Source: Synergistales bacterium
GTDB taxonomy: Bacteria > Synergistota > Synergistia > Synergistales > JAFGMB01
Reading direction: 5' to 3'
Assembly: GCA_963666205.1 (NCBI GenBank)
Contig: OY762654.1
Span: 448,001 to 512,000, forward strand
DNA: 64,000 bases
Each line of letters starts with the position of its first letter. The first letter of the stretch is position 1. The notes below the pieces were generated by a model. The model was given only the letters and a program-made list of their open reading frames with translations. It ran no database searches and was not told the DNA's origin. Position numbers and translations under genes: made by a program. Below, piece after piece: positions 42,477 through 52,448 of this stretch.

Positions 42477-43493
42477 GTGAAAAAAGTTGTGTTCTTTGCT
42501 ATTTGTACTCTATTGCTTGTATGGTGCTTTATCAATCCTTCCATGGCTGCAGAAAAACCGGTTGTGTTTCTTGACCTTAGCTGGGACAGTATTCAACTCC
42601 AAAACCGGATTGCTGGATACATTGTAGAACACGGATATGAGAAAAAAGTCGATTATCTCTTCTCTGAATCTATCCCGGGTCTGATGGGCCTGGAGAGAGG
42701 CAACGTCCATATATATATCGATGGATGGGTGGACAATCAACCTGAGTGGTGGAGAAAGGCTAAGAAGGCAGGTACTGTAGTGGATCTTGGGGTAAATTAT
42801 GACAGGGCACCCCAGGGGTGGTATGTACCTACCTATGTTATCAGGGGAGACCCCGAAAGAGGAATAGAACCTATGGCTCCAGACCTGGAGTATGCTGAAG
42901 ATCTTCCCAGATATTGGGAGCTCTTTAAGGATCCTGAAGTCACCGATAAGGGCAGACTCACAAACGCACCACTTGGCTGGAAGATCTCATCCATCATAAG
43001 AGCAAAATTCAAATCCCTGGGCCTAGACAAGAATTATGTCATCTTTGAACCTGGTTCAGGAACTGCTTTGAAAACTGAGGCTCTTGCAAGCTATAAAAAG
43101 GGTGAACCTATTCTTTTCTATTACTGGGAACCCACTGCATTGATGGGTAATTATGATTTTACACGCCTTAAAGAAAAGACTCCCTTCTCAGATGATCTCT
43201 GGACTGAGGGAAACGGTTACAACTGCGATTTTCCTGCACCAGTGGTCATTAAGGTTATGAATAAAGAGTTTGCAGATAACAATCCCTGGCTTGTGGATTT
43301 CATAAAGAAATATGAAACCACGCTGGATTTGAATAATATTATGCTCGCCGAAATGACTAATAACGAACTGAGCGCTCAAGAAGCTGCCTTATGGTTTCTT
43401 AGAAATTATAAAGAAGTATGGCATAAATGGATTCCCGATGACAGACAGGAAATTATAGGCAAAGTCGAGGATGCCTTGTCAAAGGAGAAGTAA
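42477..43493 (+). CDS. Glycine betaine/choline-type ABC substrate-binding protein
   Basis: Signal peptide, SWDS, QGWYVP and YYWEPT. Confidence 0.87.
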   Translation: MKKVVFFAICTLLLVWCFINPSMAAEKPVVFLDLSWDSIQLQNRIAGYIVEHGYEKKVDYLFSESIPGLMGLERGNVHIYIDGWVDNQPEWWRKAKKAGTVVDLGVNYDRAPQGWYVPTYVIRGDPERGIEPMAPDLEYAEDLPRYWELFKDPEVTDKGRLTNAPLGWKISSIIRAKFKSLGLDKNYVIFEPGSGTALKTEALASYKKGEPILFYYWEPTALMGNYDFTRLKEKTPFSDDLWTEGNGYNCDFPAPVVIKVMNKEFADNNPWLVDFIKKYETTLDLNNIMLAEMTNNELSAQEAALWFLRNYKEVWHKWIPDDRQEIIGKVEDALSKEK

Positions 43494-43528
43494 TATCCTT
43501 CTGATCAACCAGGTTTTGTCATTCTAGA

Positions 43529-43571
43529 AATATAAATATACCCGGGGCAGTTCCCCGGGTATATTTATATT
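43529..43571. terminator. Bidirectional terminator
   Basis: 19-bp perfect stem AATATAAATATACCCGGGG/CCCCGGGTATATTTATATT. Confidence 0.85.
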
Positions 43572-43592
43572 TACATGTCTCCCTGAGCAGAT

Positions 43593-44144
43593 TCATCTCA
43601 TAAACTTTGAAACAAACGGAGATGTTTCTCCTCTCCTCAGGAAATGGCCGGAAGGCCCTTCCCCTAGAAATTCAGAGAACCATGACTCATGTTCTACTTC
43701 TTCATTCAGAATAGCCAGTGCAAGATCATAAGTCCTATGATCCTTCCCCGCAGTCATATGACATATCTCGGTATAACCGCGGACAGCACATCTCTCCGCA
43801 TTAACAAGAACAGTCAGCATAGCTTTTACATCTGTAGGATCTTTCGGTAAAGAAGCAGGAGGACATGCAGAGATATCATGGAAAGCCTTCATATCATCAG
43901 GAAGTTTTCCTCCAAGCTCGTAGATCCTGGGCACAAGAGCTTCAAAGTGATTTCGATCCTCAATGCGAGCTGTTTCGGCTATTTCCTTGATACCCTCCCC
44001 CTCAAGTCCTATAAGGTTACAGCGAAGTATGGTGTAATAATAAAATGTAGTCAGTTCTGCAGCTGCGTTCTTAACCAGCATATCAAGAAGTTTTTCCACA
44101 TCAACTCCAGCTTTTTCAACCATTTCTTTTGCTACTTTTCCCAT
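43593..44144 (-). CDS. DPS-like (DPSL) ferritin-superfamily protein
   Basis: AELTTFYYYTILR, EDRNHFE, ISACPP...AERCA and EEVEHESWF. Confidence 0.9.
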   Translation of the reverse strand: MGKVAKEMVEKAGVDVEKLLDMLVKNAAAELTTFYYYTILRCNLIGLEGEGIKEIAETARIEDRNHFEALVPRIYELGGKLPDDMKAFHDISACPPASLPKDPTDVKAMLTVLVNAERCAVRGYTEICHMTAGKDHRTYDLALAILNEEVEHESWFSEFLGEGPSGHFLRRGETSPFVSKFMR

Positions 44145-44172
44145 GTTAATACCTCCTTTTTGGGCTAATGGA

Positions 44173-44457
44173 TCATAAAACATTCGGTGGGGAAGAAGGA
44201 TCGTAAAGGCTCATCAGGAAGATTGCCTTCGTAGGACAGGCCATCATACATGCCCCATCACTTATACAGTTTTCAGGCCTGGTAACTTTGGCAATACCAT
44301 CGACCAGATCGAAAACATCTGGTCCCAGTTTTTTACATAGTTGGACACAGTGACCGCACCCCATACATCGAACACCATTGATCTCAGGGATATTCCCTTT
44401 AACAAAATTCCTTCCGAAAGCTTCTACAATCTCGACTGTCTTTTCTTTTGAAGCCAT
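44173..44457 (-). CDS. 4Fe-4S dicluster ferredoxin
   Basis: CMGCGHCVQLC and CISDGACMMACP. Confidence 0.85.
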   Translation of the reverse strand: MASKEKTVEIVEAFGRNFVKGNIPEINGVRCMGCGHCVQLCKKLGPDVFDLVDGIAKVTRPENCISDGACMMACPTKAIFLMSLYDPSSPPNVL

Positions 44458-44718
44458 TTCTCCACCTCCCATAAATCTTTCCCTTTTTAAAATGTTCGAG
44501 AACAAATACTTTACATTTAGCAATAAAGAAAAGTTCAAAGATAGACAGAAAAAGGGGGCATGAAAGGTTTAACCAAGAGAGGACCAAATAGAAAGAGCTA
44601 AACTGAGGAAGTAAAACTGGCATCTATTCAGCGTTGTACCTAGTCATTATAACAGATGGGCGTGGTATAGCGAGGAAAAATATACTAAACTAAGTGGACT
44701 GTTATAGGAGGGGTTGCA

Positions 44719-45414
44719 ATGAAACCATTTTCAATAGGGAAAATTTACTTCAACGAAATTAATGAACGAGTTATAGATATAAATCCACTACCAGGGAAAT
44801 ACTGCACTTTTGATTGTATATTTTGTCCTCTCGGACCAACAAAGTTTAAAACTGATATACCTCATAATTTTCATGAAACAGGAGCATTTCTGAAGACTCT
44901 TGATAATTTCCTGAAACAAGAAACTATAGACGTTGTCTTTATAAATCCTGACGGTGAGCTATTAGTCCAGGAAAGAATTTTAGAGGTTGTAAGTCTGATA
45001 AAAAAACATAATATCAAAGTCAAGATCATTTCTAATGGATATTTATTCAATAGAAGTGAATATCAGATTATTCTCAATAACTGTGATGAAGTAATCGGTG
45101 AAGTTGCGGTCACAAGAGAGAAAGATTTTCAAAAGATCCACAGACCCTTACAAGGATACACTTTAAAGGATCATGTTTTTAATATGGCCAGTTTCAATCG
45201 TCAGTATCACGGTAAATTCATACTTGATATAACGATTTTAAGAAATTATTCTGACAGTCATGAAGATATTGAGAAATTTGAAGAGTTTATTAAAGGGATA
45301 AAACCAGATGAAATATACGTTCACACACCATCAAAGGAGAAATTTAAAAAAATATTTGCAGTTGATGAGACAAGACTTCAAGAGATAAAGACACAATTAA
45401 GTCTCGTTAGATAA
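44719..45414 (+). CDS. Radical SAM protein
   Basis: KYCTFDCIFC motif; AT-rich coding sequence. Confidence 0.85.
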   Translation: MKPFSIGKIYFNEINERVIDINPLPGKYCTFDCIFCPLGPTKFKTDIPHNFHETGAFLKTLDNFLKQETIDVVFINPDGELLVQERILEVVSLIKKHNIKVKIISNGYLFNRSEYQIILNNCDEVIGEVAVTREKDFQKIHRPLQGYTLKDHVFNMASFNRQYHGKFILDITILRNYSDSHEDIEKFEEFIKGIKPDEIYVHTPSKEKFKKIFAVDETRLQEIKTQLSLVR

Positions 45415-45540
45415 CCTGCCATATATTTCCTCAATTGAATAATGGGGATACCTGGTAAAACTCCGATCACAGAAGAAAACACAGCGTTGAGGTTTCAAGT
45501 AACAGTTATCCCCGGTATCTTTAAATGGAAAGGATGAAGA

Positions 45541-45909
45541 ATGATGGGTTGCATATTCTGTAATATCTCCGAGGAAATGATATTCGAAAACGAACTTGCC
45601 TATGCCATCTATGATGGTTTCCCTGTCAATAAAGGACATATGTTGGTCATCACCAGAAGACACGTGAGTTCATATTTTGATGCTACAGAAGAAGAGATAA
45701 TTGCAATCCAGCATCTACTACTGAAGTGTAAAGATCATTTAGACCGACTTTATAAACCTGATGGATATAATGTCGGGATAAACATAGGAATGCCCGCAGG
45801 ACAGTCAATAATGCACCTGCATGTTCATATAATCCCCAGGTACATAGGAGATCTGGAAAACCCAAAAGGTGGAGTCAGGGGGGTACTTCCCTTTAAAAGA
45901 CACTATTAA
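45541..45909 (+). CDS. HIT family protein
   Basis: CIFC, PVNKGH and GQSIMHLHVHIIPR. Confidence 0.93.
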   Translation: MMGCIFCNISEEMIFENELAYAIYDGFPVNKGHMLVITRRHVSSYFDATEEEIIAIQHLLLKCKDHLDRLYKPDGYNVGINIGMPAGQSIMHLHVHIIPRYIGDLENPKGGVRGVLPFKRHY

Positions 45910-45975
45910 AGCAGAACTATAAAGTTTGAAGTCTTATTTAAAGAAATCCATATCTAAGACTTATTCTGTAGTATT

Positions 45976-46095
45976 TGCAATCAGTTCCAACAGCTGTATC
46001 TGTGGAAAACCCAACTCCGGGGGATTTTAACATTTCTCGCCCAAAATACAAAATACCCCTAACACATTAAAAGTGCTGGGATCCTTTGCTATTAC
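45976..46095 (-). repeat. tRNA-downstream repeat, copy D (most degenerate)
   Basis: TGCAATC..TTCCAA...GAAAACCCAACTCCGG.GGA...CCAAAATA...AACAC...AAAAGTG.TGGGATCCTTTG.TATTAC aligns to copies A-C. Confidence 0.75.
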
Positions 46096-46142
46096 ACGAT
46101 GATTACAGACAGTTCCTTTTCCCTTCCTGGCAAATAAAAACA

Positions 46143-47129
46143 TTAACGATCAATGTTGCTGATGCTTTCGGGAAGTATATTCATATCCTTTTTAAGAAGT
46201 TGCTCAAAGTAATCCACGGTTTTTTTCAAACCATTCTCAAGATCTGTTGTTGGCTCCCAGCCAAGGGTCTTCTTTGCCATTGAAATGTCAGGCAACCTTC
46301 TCCTGGGATCGTCATTCGGGAGGGGGCAGAAAGATACTTCTGAGTTCGAAGAGGTGATCTCAATGATCTTCTCCGCCAGGTCCCTTATGGAAATCTCCTC
46401 AGGGTTACCCAAATTAACCGGTCCTGTAAAGCTGTCGGGAGAATGCATAAAGGAAAAAGCCCCCTCCACAAGGTCATCCACGTAACAGAAGGATCTCGTA
46501 TGGGATCCATCACCGTAAATGGTGATGGGTTCGTTTTTCAAAGCCTGAAGAATGAAATTGGATATCACCCTTCCATCGTTCATTGCCATACGAGGACCAT
46601 ATGTATTGAAGATCCTTGCAACTTTTATCCTAAGCTCATGCTGCCTGTGATAATCGAAGAATAGGGTTTCAGCACATCTTTTCCCTTCGTCATAGCATGA
46701 TCTTGGGCCAATGGGATTCACATTTCCCCAATACTCCTCTCTTTGGGGATGCATATCCGGGTCGCCATATACCTCGCTTGTCGATGCCTGGAATATCTTT
46801 GCTTTAAGTCGTTTTGCCAGGCCAAGCATGTTTATGGCTCCATGAACACTTGTCTTGGTAGTCTGGACAGGATCCCACTGGTAATGCTGGGGAGATGCAG
46901 GACACGCAAGATTATATATCTGGTCCACCTCAACATATAGAGGAAAGGTAATGTCATGTCGGAGTACTTCAAAATATCTATGATCCATCAAATTAGTGAT
47001 ATTAATCTTAGAGCCTGTAAAGAAATTATCTGCACAGATCACTTCATGCCCCTGATCCAGCAGTTTTTCACAAAGGTGGGAACCAATAAATCCTGCTCCT
47101 CCAGTAACCAGAATTCTTTTTCTCAACAT
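46143..47129 (-). CDS. UDP-glucuronic acid decarboxylase (UDP-xylose synthase) family
   Basis: [23 protein letters not shown] and YDEGKR. Confidence 0.93.
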   Translation of the reverse strand: MLRKRILVTGGAGFIGSHLCEKLLDQGHEVICADNFFTGSKINITNLMDHRYFEVLRHDITFPLYVEVDQIYNLACPASPQHYQWDPVQTTKTSVHGAINMLGLAKRLKAKIFQASTSEVYGDPDMHPQREEYWGNVNPIGPRSCYDEGKRCAETLFFDYHRQHELRIKVARIFNTYGPRMAMNDGRVISNFILQALKNEPITIYGDGSHTRSFCYVDDLVEGAFSFMHSPDSFTGPVNLGNPEEISIRDLAEKIIEITSSNSEVSFCPLPNDDPRRRLPDISMAKKTLGWEPTTDLENGLKKTVDYFEQLLKKDMNILPESISNIDR

Positions 47130-47247
47130 TCGTTCAACTCCATCTTAATGTACATATCTCAAGAACCTGGAAATCCGCAACTTAAAGCAGGTTCCTGTGA
47201 AGATATTACCGGGAAGTAATAATCCACACCAATACAGGATATCACGA

Positions 47248-48171
47248 TCATGAACAGAAAGGCCTTTTAGACTTCCTGTTCATGAGATAATGGGAAATCA
47301 CCTTTCTAGCAGGCCTGAGCTTTTTCCTGAAAGGCATATTACAATCCATGATAGCCTTAAGGTATGTATTCAGATCTCCCAGGGTGAGCTCCGGTAAGGC
47401 AGCAAACTCGAATCTTAGAAGTTCCGGGACCCTGGAAACGATCATATCCCTGGCCAGAAATTTAAACAGTCTGTTCTTGGACAGCTCCCTCAGATACTCC
47501 TTATGAGGTGGTATTCTCCTTCCCTGAAGGTAGTTTTCCCCATGGATCCTGTAATTAACGAAGGGTGTTCGGATATGACACTTGTAACCACTCCTGATCG
47601 AAGCCCCCCAGATAAGACAGTCATCAGCCCTTATCATCCAGTCATCCTCATAGGGAATGGGAAGGATCTTTCCCAGAAGTTCTCTTCTCATCGATATGCA
47701 GGAGGTGGGAGAACCTATCCAGAGTTCCTCAATATATGTTATTACTGAAGTATAACCATAATGTTCCTTGGGGCGGGAGCGATAGGTATGGCTCATTTGC
47801 TTTCCATGGTTATCAACAAAACACGGTTTGCAGAAGATAAAGTCACAGATCGGATTCGCTATGTAATATTGAACCGTCTTCTCAATGTATTCTTTTTCAT
47901 AGAAGTCATCTGAATCCAGAAAGAATACCAGTTCTCCTTCAATATATGGTAGAGCCGTATTGAAACATGAAAGCTGGCCACCATTTTCTTTGGTAACCAA
48001 CACCACATTGTCTGCAAGATATCTTTCGGCAACAGCAACAGACCCGTCAGTGGAACCATCATCAACTATGATAAGCTGTATATCCCTGTAGGTCTGGCCC
48101 AATACAGATTCTATGGCTTCTGCAAGGTATCGCTCATAATTGTAATTGTTTATCACGACACTACAAAGCAA
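47248..48171 (-). CDS. Glycosyltransferase family 2
   Basis: NNYNYERYL, VDDGSTD and FLDSDD. Confidence 0.92.
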   Translation of the reverse strand: MLCSVVINNYNYERYLAEAIESVLGQTYRDIQLIIVDDGSTDGSVAVAERYLADNVVLVTKENGGQLSCFNTALPYIEGELVFFLDSDDFYEKEYIEKTVQYYIANPICDFIFCKPCFVDNHGKQMSHTYRSRPKEHYGYTSVITYIEELWIGSPTSCISMRRELLGKILPIPYEDDWMIRADDCLIWGASIRSGYKCHIRTPFVNYRIHGENYLQGRRIPPHKEYLRELSKNRLFKFLARDMIVSRVPELLRFEFAALPELTLGDLNTYLKAIMDCNMPFRKKLRPARKVISHYLMNRKSKRPFCS

Positions 48172-48412
48172 AATCTAAAAACCTCCCGAAAAGTCAGTTA
48201 AAGTTCCCGTTCTCTCAGAACAGATTTCATGGCAATTATTATGGCGCCACATCCTTCAACGAGCAATACGAGCATTCCCGCTTTCAGATCCCTTACCATT
48301 CTACAATGATATTCGGGGGATTTTTATTGCTCAAGAACAAGTATTAGTTAAGATCTTCAACCTTAAATTCGATTTTAGCTTTCTCAGGATATGTCAATTC
48401 ATTATTCGTAAC

Positions 48413-48579
48413 AATACACCCGAAAGATGAAAAAACTCTTTGTCCTAATTTCCGGTAATCCATTCCGGTTCCTTATTCCAGCAAAATCCGGCTCCTGTGG
48501 ACTTGCAAGTTTTAAGCCCAAAATAAAAAGGACCCCGAACACCCAAAAAGTATTGGGATCCTTTAGTATTACTTAATTG
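48413..48579 (-). repeat. tRNA-downstream repeat, copy C
   Basis: AATACACCCGAAAGA...AATCCATTCC...GCTCC..GGACTT...AAAATAAAAAGGACCCCGAACAC...GGATCCTTT..TATTACT. Confidence 0.88.
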
Positions 48580-48604
48580 AGTCTAAAGACTTGTATGACC
48601 AGGT

Positions 48605-50248
48605 TTATTTGATTTTTCTTGAGAGAACAATAAGTGGGGCTACCAGCAACAGCGCGATGCCCGGCAGTGCAGAGATGTTGCAGCCATCTGAATCTCTATT
48701 GACTATGTCATCATCAGTAGCACATAGCCGAAAATCTGCACTTAAAACATGGTTATCTGATACGTTATGGAAGATATAGGTGTTACTGGCTTCATCATAG
48801 GAAACAGCACTATCATCTACGTATACTACTTCGATCTCGTAACCCTCAGATGGCACCAGATAAAAGACTTCATCCTCTATTCCGGCTAATGTATGCGCTT
48901 CTGTCGGTGAAATACTTCCTCCGTCTGAACATGTGGCAATAATCTCATAAACTTGAATTCCAGATTCATAGGCACCAATATCGAAACTACCACCATTGAA
49001 AGGTTTGGATGCTCCGCGCTGGTCGGTACTCACTTCAGCAATTGTCATTCCGGCATCTATAGCAGAACTGCCTTCTCCGAGTGCACATGTCCAGATAGGT
49101 CCGCCGTTGTCGGCCAGATCCTGTAACACAGGATCTGCAGAGGTAACATATTCAGATATCGTACTTCCATCATAGTCATCGCTTTGGACGACACAATAAC
49201 TCAAGGTGGTCGTACTAGAATCGTTGTGTATCTCTCCCCCAGTATCATTCCAGAATATGCAGTTGGTCACTTCTGGACTGGAATAATTGTTGTACATTCC
49301 ACCGCCAATAATTGCAGTGTTGTAGTAAAAGGTGCAGTTGGTCATTGGGAGACTGGAACTTTGGTTTCTCATTCCACCTCCATCTTCAACTGCACTGTTT
49401 AGACCGAAGGTACAGTTCGTCACAGTGGAATCGGACTCTATATTGTCCATCCCTCCGCCGGAATTTGCGCTGTTTCCGGAGAAGGTGCAGTTTGTCACGG
49501 TGCAACTCACTTTAAAGTTGAACATCCCGCCGCCCCATCTGTCTGCGCTGTTCAAAGTGAAGGTACAATTTGACACTTCGGGGCTGCAATCTTCATTGTA
49601 CATTCCTGCGCCTATACCTGCACTATTCGAGGAAAAGGTACAGTTTGTCACGATGGGGCTCGCTTGATCGGTGAAATTCCTTAAATTGCACATCCCTCCG
49701 CCGGAATAAATTCCGCTGTTTGATGAGAAAGTGCATTTCGTCACTTCAGGACTGGAATCGGTGTTGAATATCGCGCCGCCGGAGTATGCGCTGTTTCCGG
49801 TGAAGGTACAGTTCATAATTTTAGTATCGGACTCATGGTTGTATATACCTCCACCTCCGCTTCTACTAGCATCTCCGCTCACAATGGAAATACCTGATAT
49901 GTCTAACGATGCCCTAGTATCGATATAAAAGACCCTGCATGCTCCACCTCCGCTTACAGCAAGCAAATCAGGTCCAGGTCCATTTATTTTCATACCATTA
50001 TGTATTTGCAGCTGTGAATTGAGATTAATGGTTCCTGTTACATCAAAGCTGATAACATCATCATACGAATCTGCACTGGCAATGGCTGCCCTTAAAGACC
50101 CGGGAACATCATCACTTAAAGTAGTAACAGTAAAGACTTCAGCCTTGACTGGAGTTGCCAGAAATCCAATAACTAAAGCTAATAGAAATACAATGGGTAC
50201 AAAAGAAATGAAGCGACGAAAAGAAACTGTGCTGCAACTGCTCTTCAT
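48605..50248 (-). CDS. Surface protein: parallel beta-helix repeats, choice-of-anchor Q-like region, Synergist-CTERM-like tail
   Basis: Signal peptide, GSLRAAI, seven NCTF..NSA..GGGM.N repeats, LADNGG...S.AIDAG...DQRG...DIGAYE, and GCNISALPGIALLLVAPLIVLSRKIK. Confidence 0.88.
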   Translation of the reverse strand: MKSSCSTVSFRRFISFVPIVFLLALVIGFLATPVKAEVFTVTTLSDDVPGSLRAAIASADSYDDVISFDVTGTINLNSQLQIHNGMKINGPGPDLLAVSGGGACRVFYIDTRASLDISGISIVSGDASRSGGGGIYNHESDTKIMNCTFTGNSAYSGGAIFNTDSSPEVTKCTFSSNSGIYSGGGMCNLRNFTDQASPIVTNCTFSSNSAGIGAGMYNEDCSPEVSNCTFTLNSADRWGGGMFNFKVSCTVTNCTFSGNSANSGGGMDNIESDSTVTNCTFGLNSAVEDGGGMRNQSSSLPMTNCTFYYNTAIIGGGMYNNYSSPEVTNCIFWNDTGGEIHNDSSTTTLSYCVVQSDDYDGSTISEYVTSADPVLQDLADNGGPIWTCALGEGSSAIDAGMTIAEVSTDQRGASKPFNGGSFDIGAYESGIQVYEIIATCSDGGSISPTEAHTLAGIEDEVFYLVPSEGYEIEVVYVDDSAVSYDEASNTYIFHNVSDNHVLSADFRLCATDDDIVNRDSDGCNISALPGIALLLVAPLIVLSRKIK

Positions 50249-50360
50249 GTAAAGTACCTCCTAAAGTGGAAATCAGGTTATGGAAAGAATAACAAGCGGT
50301 CTTGCAATGGAGATTAAGAAAGGACGTAAAAACATTTGTAGAGTTAATCAGAAAAGACTT

Positions 50361-50392
50361 TTTCATGTTAGCACTATGGGTCTATTGGTCAA
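50361..50392 (-). promoter_or_regulatory. Putative promoter of surface protein 48605-50248
   Basis: TTGACC-16bp-TAACAT with TG extension; same arrangement upstream of the paralogue. Confidence 0.5.
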
Positions 50393-50460
50393 GTTAATTC
50401 ACTGCATGAAAGAGTAACAGTTTTTCTGGAATACATTCTAAAAAGCTGTTTACTTCGCTC

Positions 50461-50631
50461 AATCAACCCGACAGACGCAACGGACTCCCCTTCCTCCAAT
50501 TCCTGCAATCCATTCCAAACACCGCATTCTTTCAAAACCCAGCTCCGGCGGACTTGGACTTTTTCAGTGCAAAATAAAAAGGACCCCGAACACATGAAAA
50601 GTGTTAGGATCCTTTGATATTACTATATTTG
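50461..50631 (-). repeat. tRNA-downstream repeat, copy B
   Basis: Ungapped 171-nt alignment to copy A with 17 mismatches by hand count (~90%). Confidence 0.95.
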
Positions 50632-50656
50632 ATTTAAAGAACCTGTGTTGTCGGGC

Positions 50657-52060
50657 TTACTTCATTTTTATCGACAGGAACATCAGCGGTAACGCCAGCA
50701 ACAATGCAATATCTGGTAGTGCAGAAATGCTGCATCCATCACCGGAATTTATATCATCTACAGCAGGTTTGAAATCAGCACTTATTTCGTGATTGCCAGA
50801 TACGTTATGGAAGGTATAGGTGTTACTGGCTTCATCGTAAGAAACAACACCCTCATCCACATAGACTGCCCCTATCTCGTAACCCTCAGCTGGCATAAGA
50901 TAAAAGACTTCATCTTCTATTCCGGCTAGTGTATGCGCTTCTGTTGGTGAAATGGTACCTCCATCCGAGCAGGTAGCAGTAATTTCATACACTTCAAGTC
51001 CGGATTCATAGGCACCGATGTCATAACTTTCTCCCTGAGGCCTTAGAACTCCCCGCTGGTCTGTGGCTGGTGCTTCAATAGTGTCGTCATATATTATTAT
51101 AGTGTCAATTCCTGCATCTATCGCTGAACTACCTTCACCGAGCGAGCATGTCCAGGTGTTACCTCCGTTATCAGCCAGATATAAAAGATTGGGATCGGCG
51201 TTGGTATTATTGTCTCCATAACTACCTGGTTCGTCATCGGATATTACACAGTATCTGAAATGGGCATAACTATTATATATTTCACCGCCCGTATTTCCCC
51301 AGAATATGGAATTGATTATTATGGGAATAGCTTTACCAATCCACATGCCACCACCACAATTTGCACTATTCAAGGTGAAGGTACAATTCATCACTGTACT
51401 ATAAGACGAATCGCAGTATATTCCACCACCATCATTTGCAGTGTTTGAGATGAAGGTACAGTTGGTCACCTTAAGGGTGCAAGTCCAATTGTACATCCCA
51501 CCACCATCTTCAAATGCACTATTTGAAGCGAAGGTACAGTTGGTCACGATAGGACTATGTGAATAAGTATTGCACATCCCGCCGCCACCATACGCACGGT
51601 TTCCACTGAAATGGCAGTTATCCACTGTGAGTTTATCTGACTTGTTGTATATGCCTCCACCATATTCTGTACCTGCATTCCCGCTCACTATGGAAATACC
51701 TGATATGTCCACGGACTCAACAGTGTCCTCAATATAGAACACCCTGCACACTCCTCCACCGCTTACAGAAAGCAGATCGGCGCCGGGTCCCTGGATAGTC
51801 AGTCCATGGTCAATGCTGAGCTGTTCATCCAATGTAATGATCGCCGGATAATCAAGCTCAAAGGTTATGACATCCTGGCTTGTGGCATTTTCGATAGCAT
51901 GTCTCAATGATCCTGCACCAGTATCGTTGGTATTGGTAACTGTAGAAACCGCGGCATAACCCGCTGTATCCGCAAAACTAATAAATATAACTAGTAGAAA
52001 TGTAAAAAAGACGAGTATTAAAGAATATCGAAAAGAAAACCTGCTATAACTGTTCTTCAT
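50657..52060 (-). CDS. Surface protein paralogue: beta-helix repeats, choice-of-anchor Q-like region, Synergist-CTERM-like tail
   Basis: GSLRHAI, four NCxF..N.A..GGG repeats, DQRG...DIGAYE, and GCSISALPDIALLLALPLMFLSIKMK. Confidence 0.88.
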   Translation of the reverse strand: MKNSYSRFSFRYSLILVFFTFLLVIFISFADTAGYAAVSTVTNTNDTGAGSLRHAIENATSQDVITFELDYPAIITLDEQLSIDHGLTIQGPGADLLSVSGGGVCRVFYIEDTVESVDISGISIVSGNAGTEYGGGIYNKSDKLTVDNCHFSGNRAYGGGGMCNTYSHSPIVTNCTFASNSAFEDGGGMYNWTCTLKVTNCTFISNTANDGGGIYCDSSYSTVMNCTFTLNSANCGGGMWIGKAIPIIINSIFWGNTGGEIYNSYAHFRYCVISDDEPGSYGDNNTNADPNLLYLADNGGNTWTCSLGEGSSAIDAGIDTIIIYDDTIEAPATDQRGVLRPQGESYDIGAYESGLEVYEITATCSDGGTISPTEAHTLAGIEDEVFYLMPAEGYEIGAVYVDEGVVSYDEASNTYTFHNVSGNHEISADFKPAVDDINSGDGCSISALPDIALLLALPLMFLSIKMK

Positions 52061-52277
52061 GTAAAAGACCTCCCCAAATGGAAATCAGGTTATGGAAAAG
52101 ATAACAGGTGATCTTGATGTGATAACAAATAAGAAAGGAATAAAAATGTATACAGGTTTGATGGCTCAAGACTTTTACATATTAACACCATAAATGTATG
52201 GGTCAAGCCTATTCATCGGAGGAAACAGTAACTCTTTTCCCATTTTACTTTACACCAATATTCCTTGTTTTATACTA

Positions 52278-52448
52278 AATCCACCCGACAGACGCAACGG
52301 ACTCCCCTTCCTCCAATTCCTGCAATCCATTCCAGACACCACATTCCTTGAAAACCCAGCTCCGGCGGACTCGTACATTTTCAAGGGAAAATAAAAAGGA
52401 TCCCGAACACAGAAAAAGTGTTGGAATCCTTTGGTATTACTATATTTG
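52278..52448 (-). repeat. tRNA-downstream repeat, copy A (abuts the tRNA CCA; includes the tRNA terminator hairpin)
   Basis: Begins at the tRNA 3' end; minus strand GGATTCCAACAC-loop-GTGTTCGGGATCC-TTTTTATTTT, then ~110 further conserved nt. Confidence 0.95.

Noticed and set aside
50389-50595. Small ORF running through repeat B (..RRSWVLKECGVWNGLQELEEG..), with several third-position differences from copy A
   Set aside because: The ATG is not conserved in A (CTG), copy C has a stop in the corresponding frame, and there is no SD. The third-position bias rests on very few sites.
52347-52386. Inverted repeat CCTTGAAAA...TTTTCAAGG inside repeat A
   Set aside because: Pairing is not preserved in copies B, C or D.
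45976-52448. Interpretation of the repeat array as CRISPR or a classical integron
   Set aside because: The repeats are ~170 bp with kb-scale gene-bearing spacers. No cas or intI gene and no attC-type end-to-end palindrome is present.
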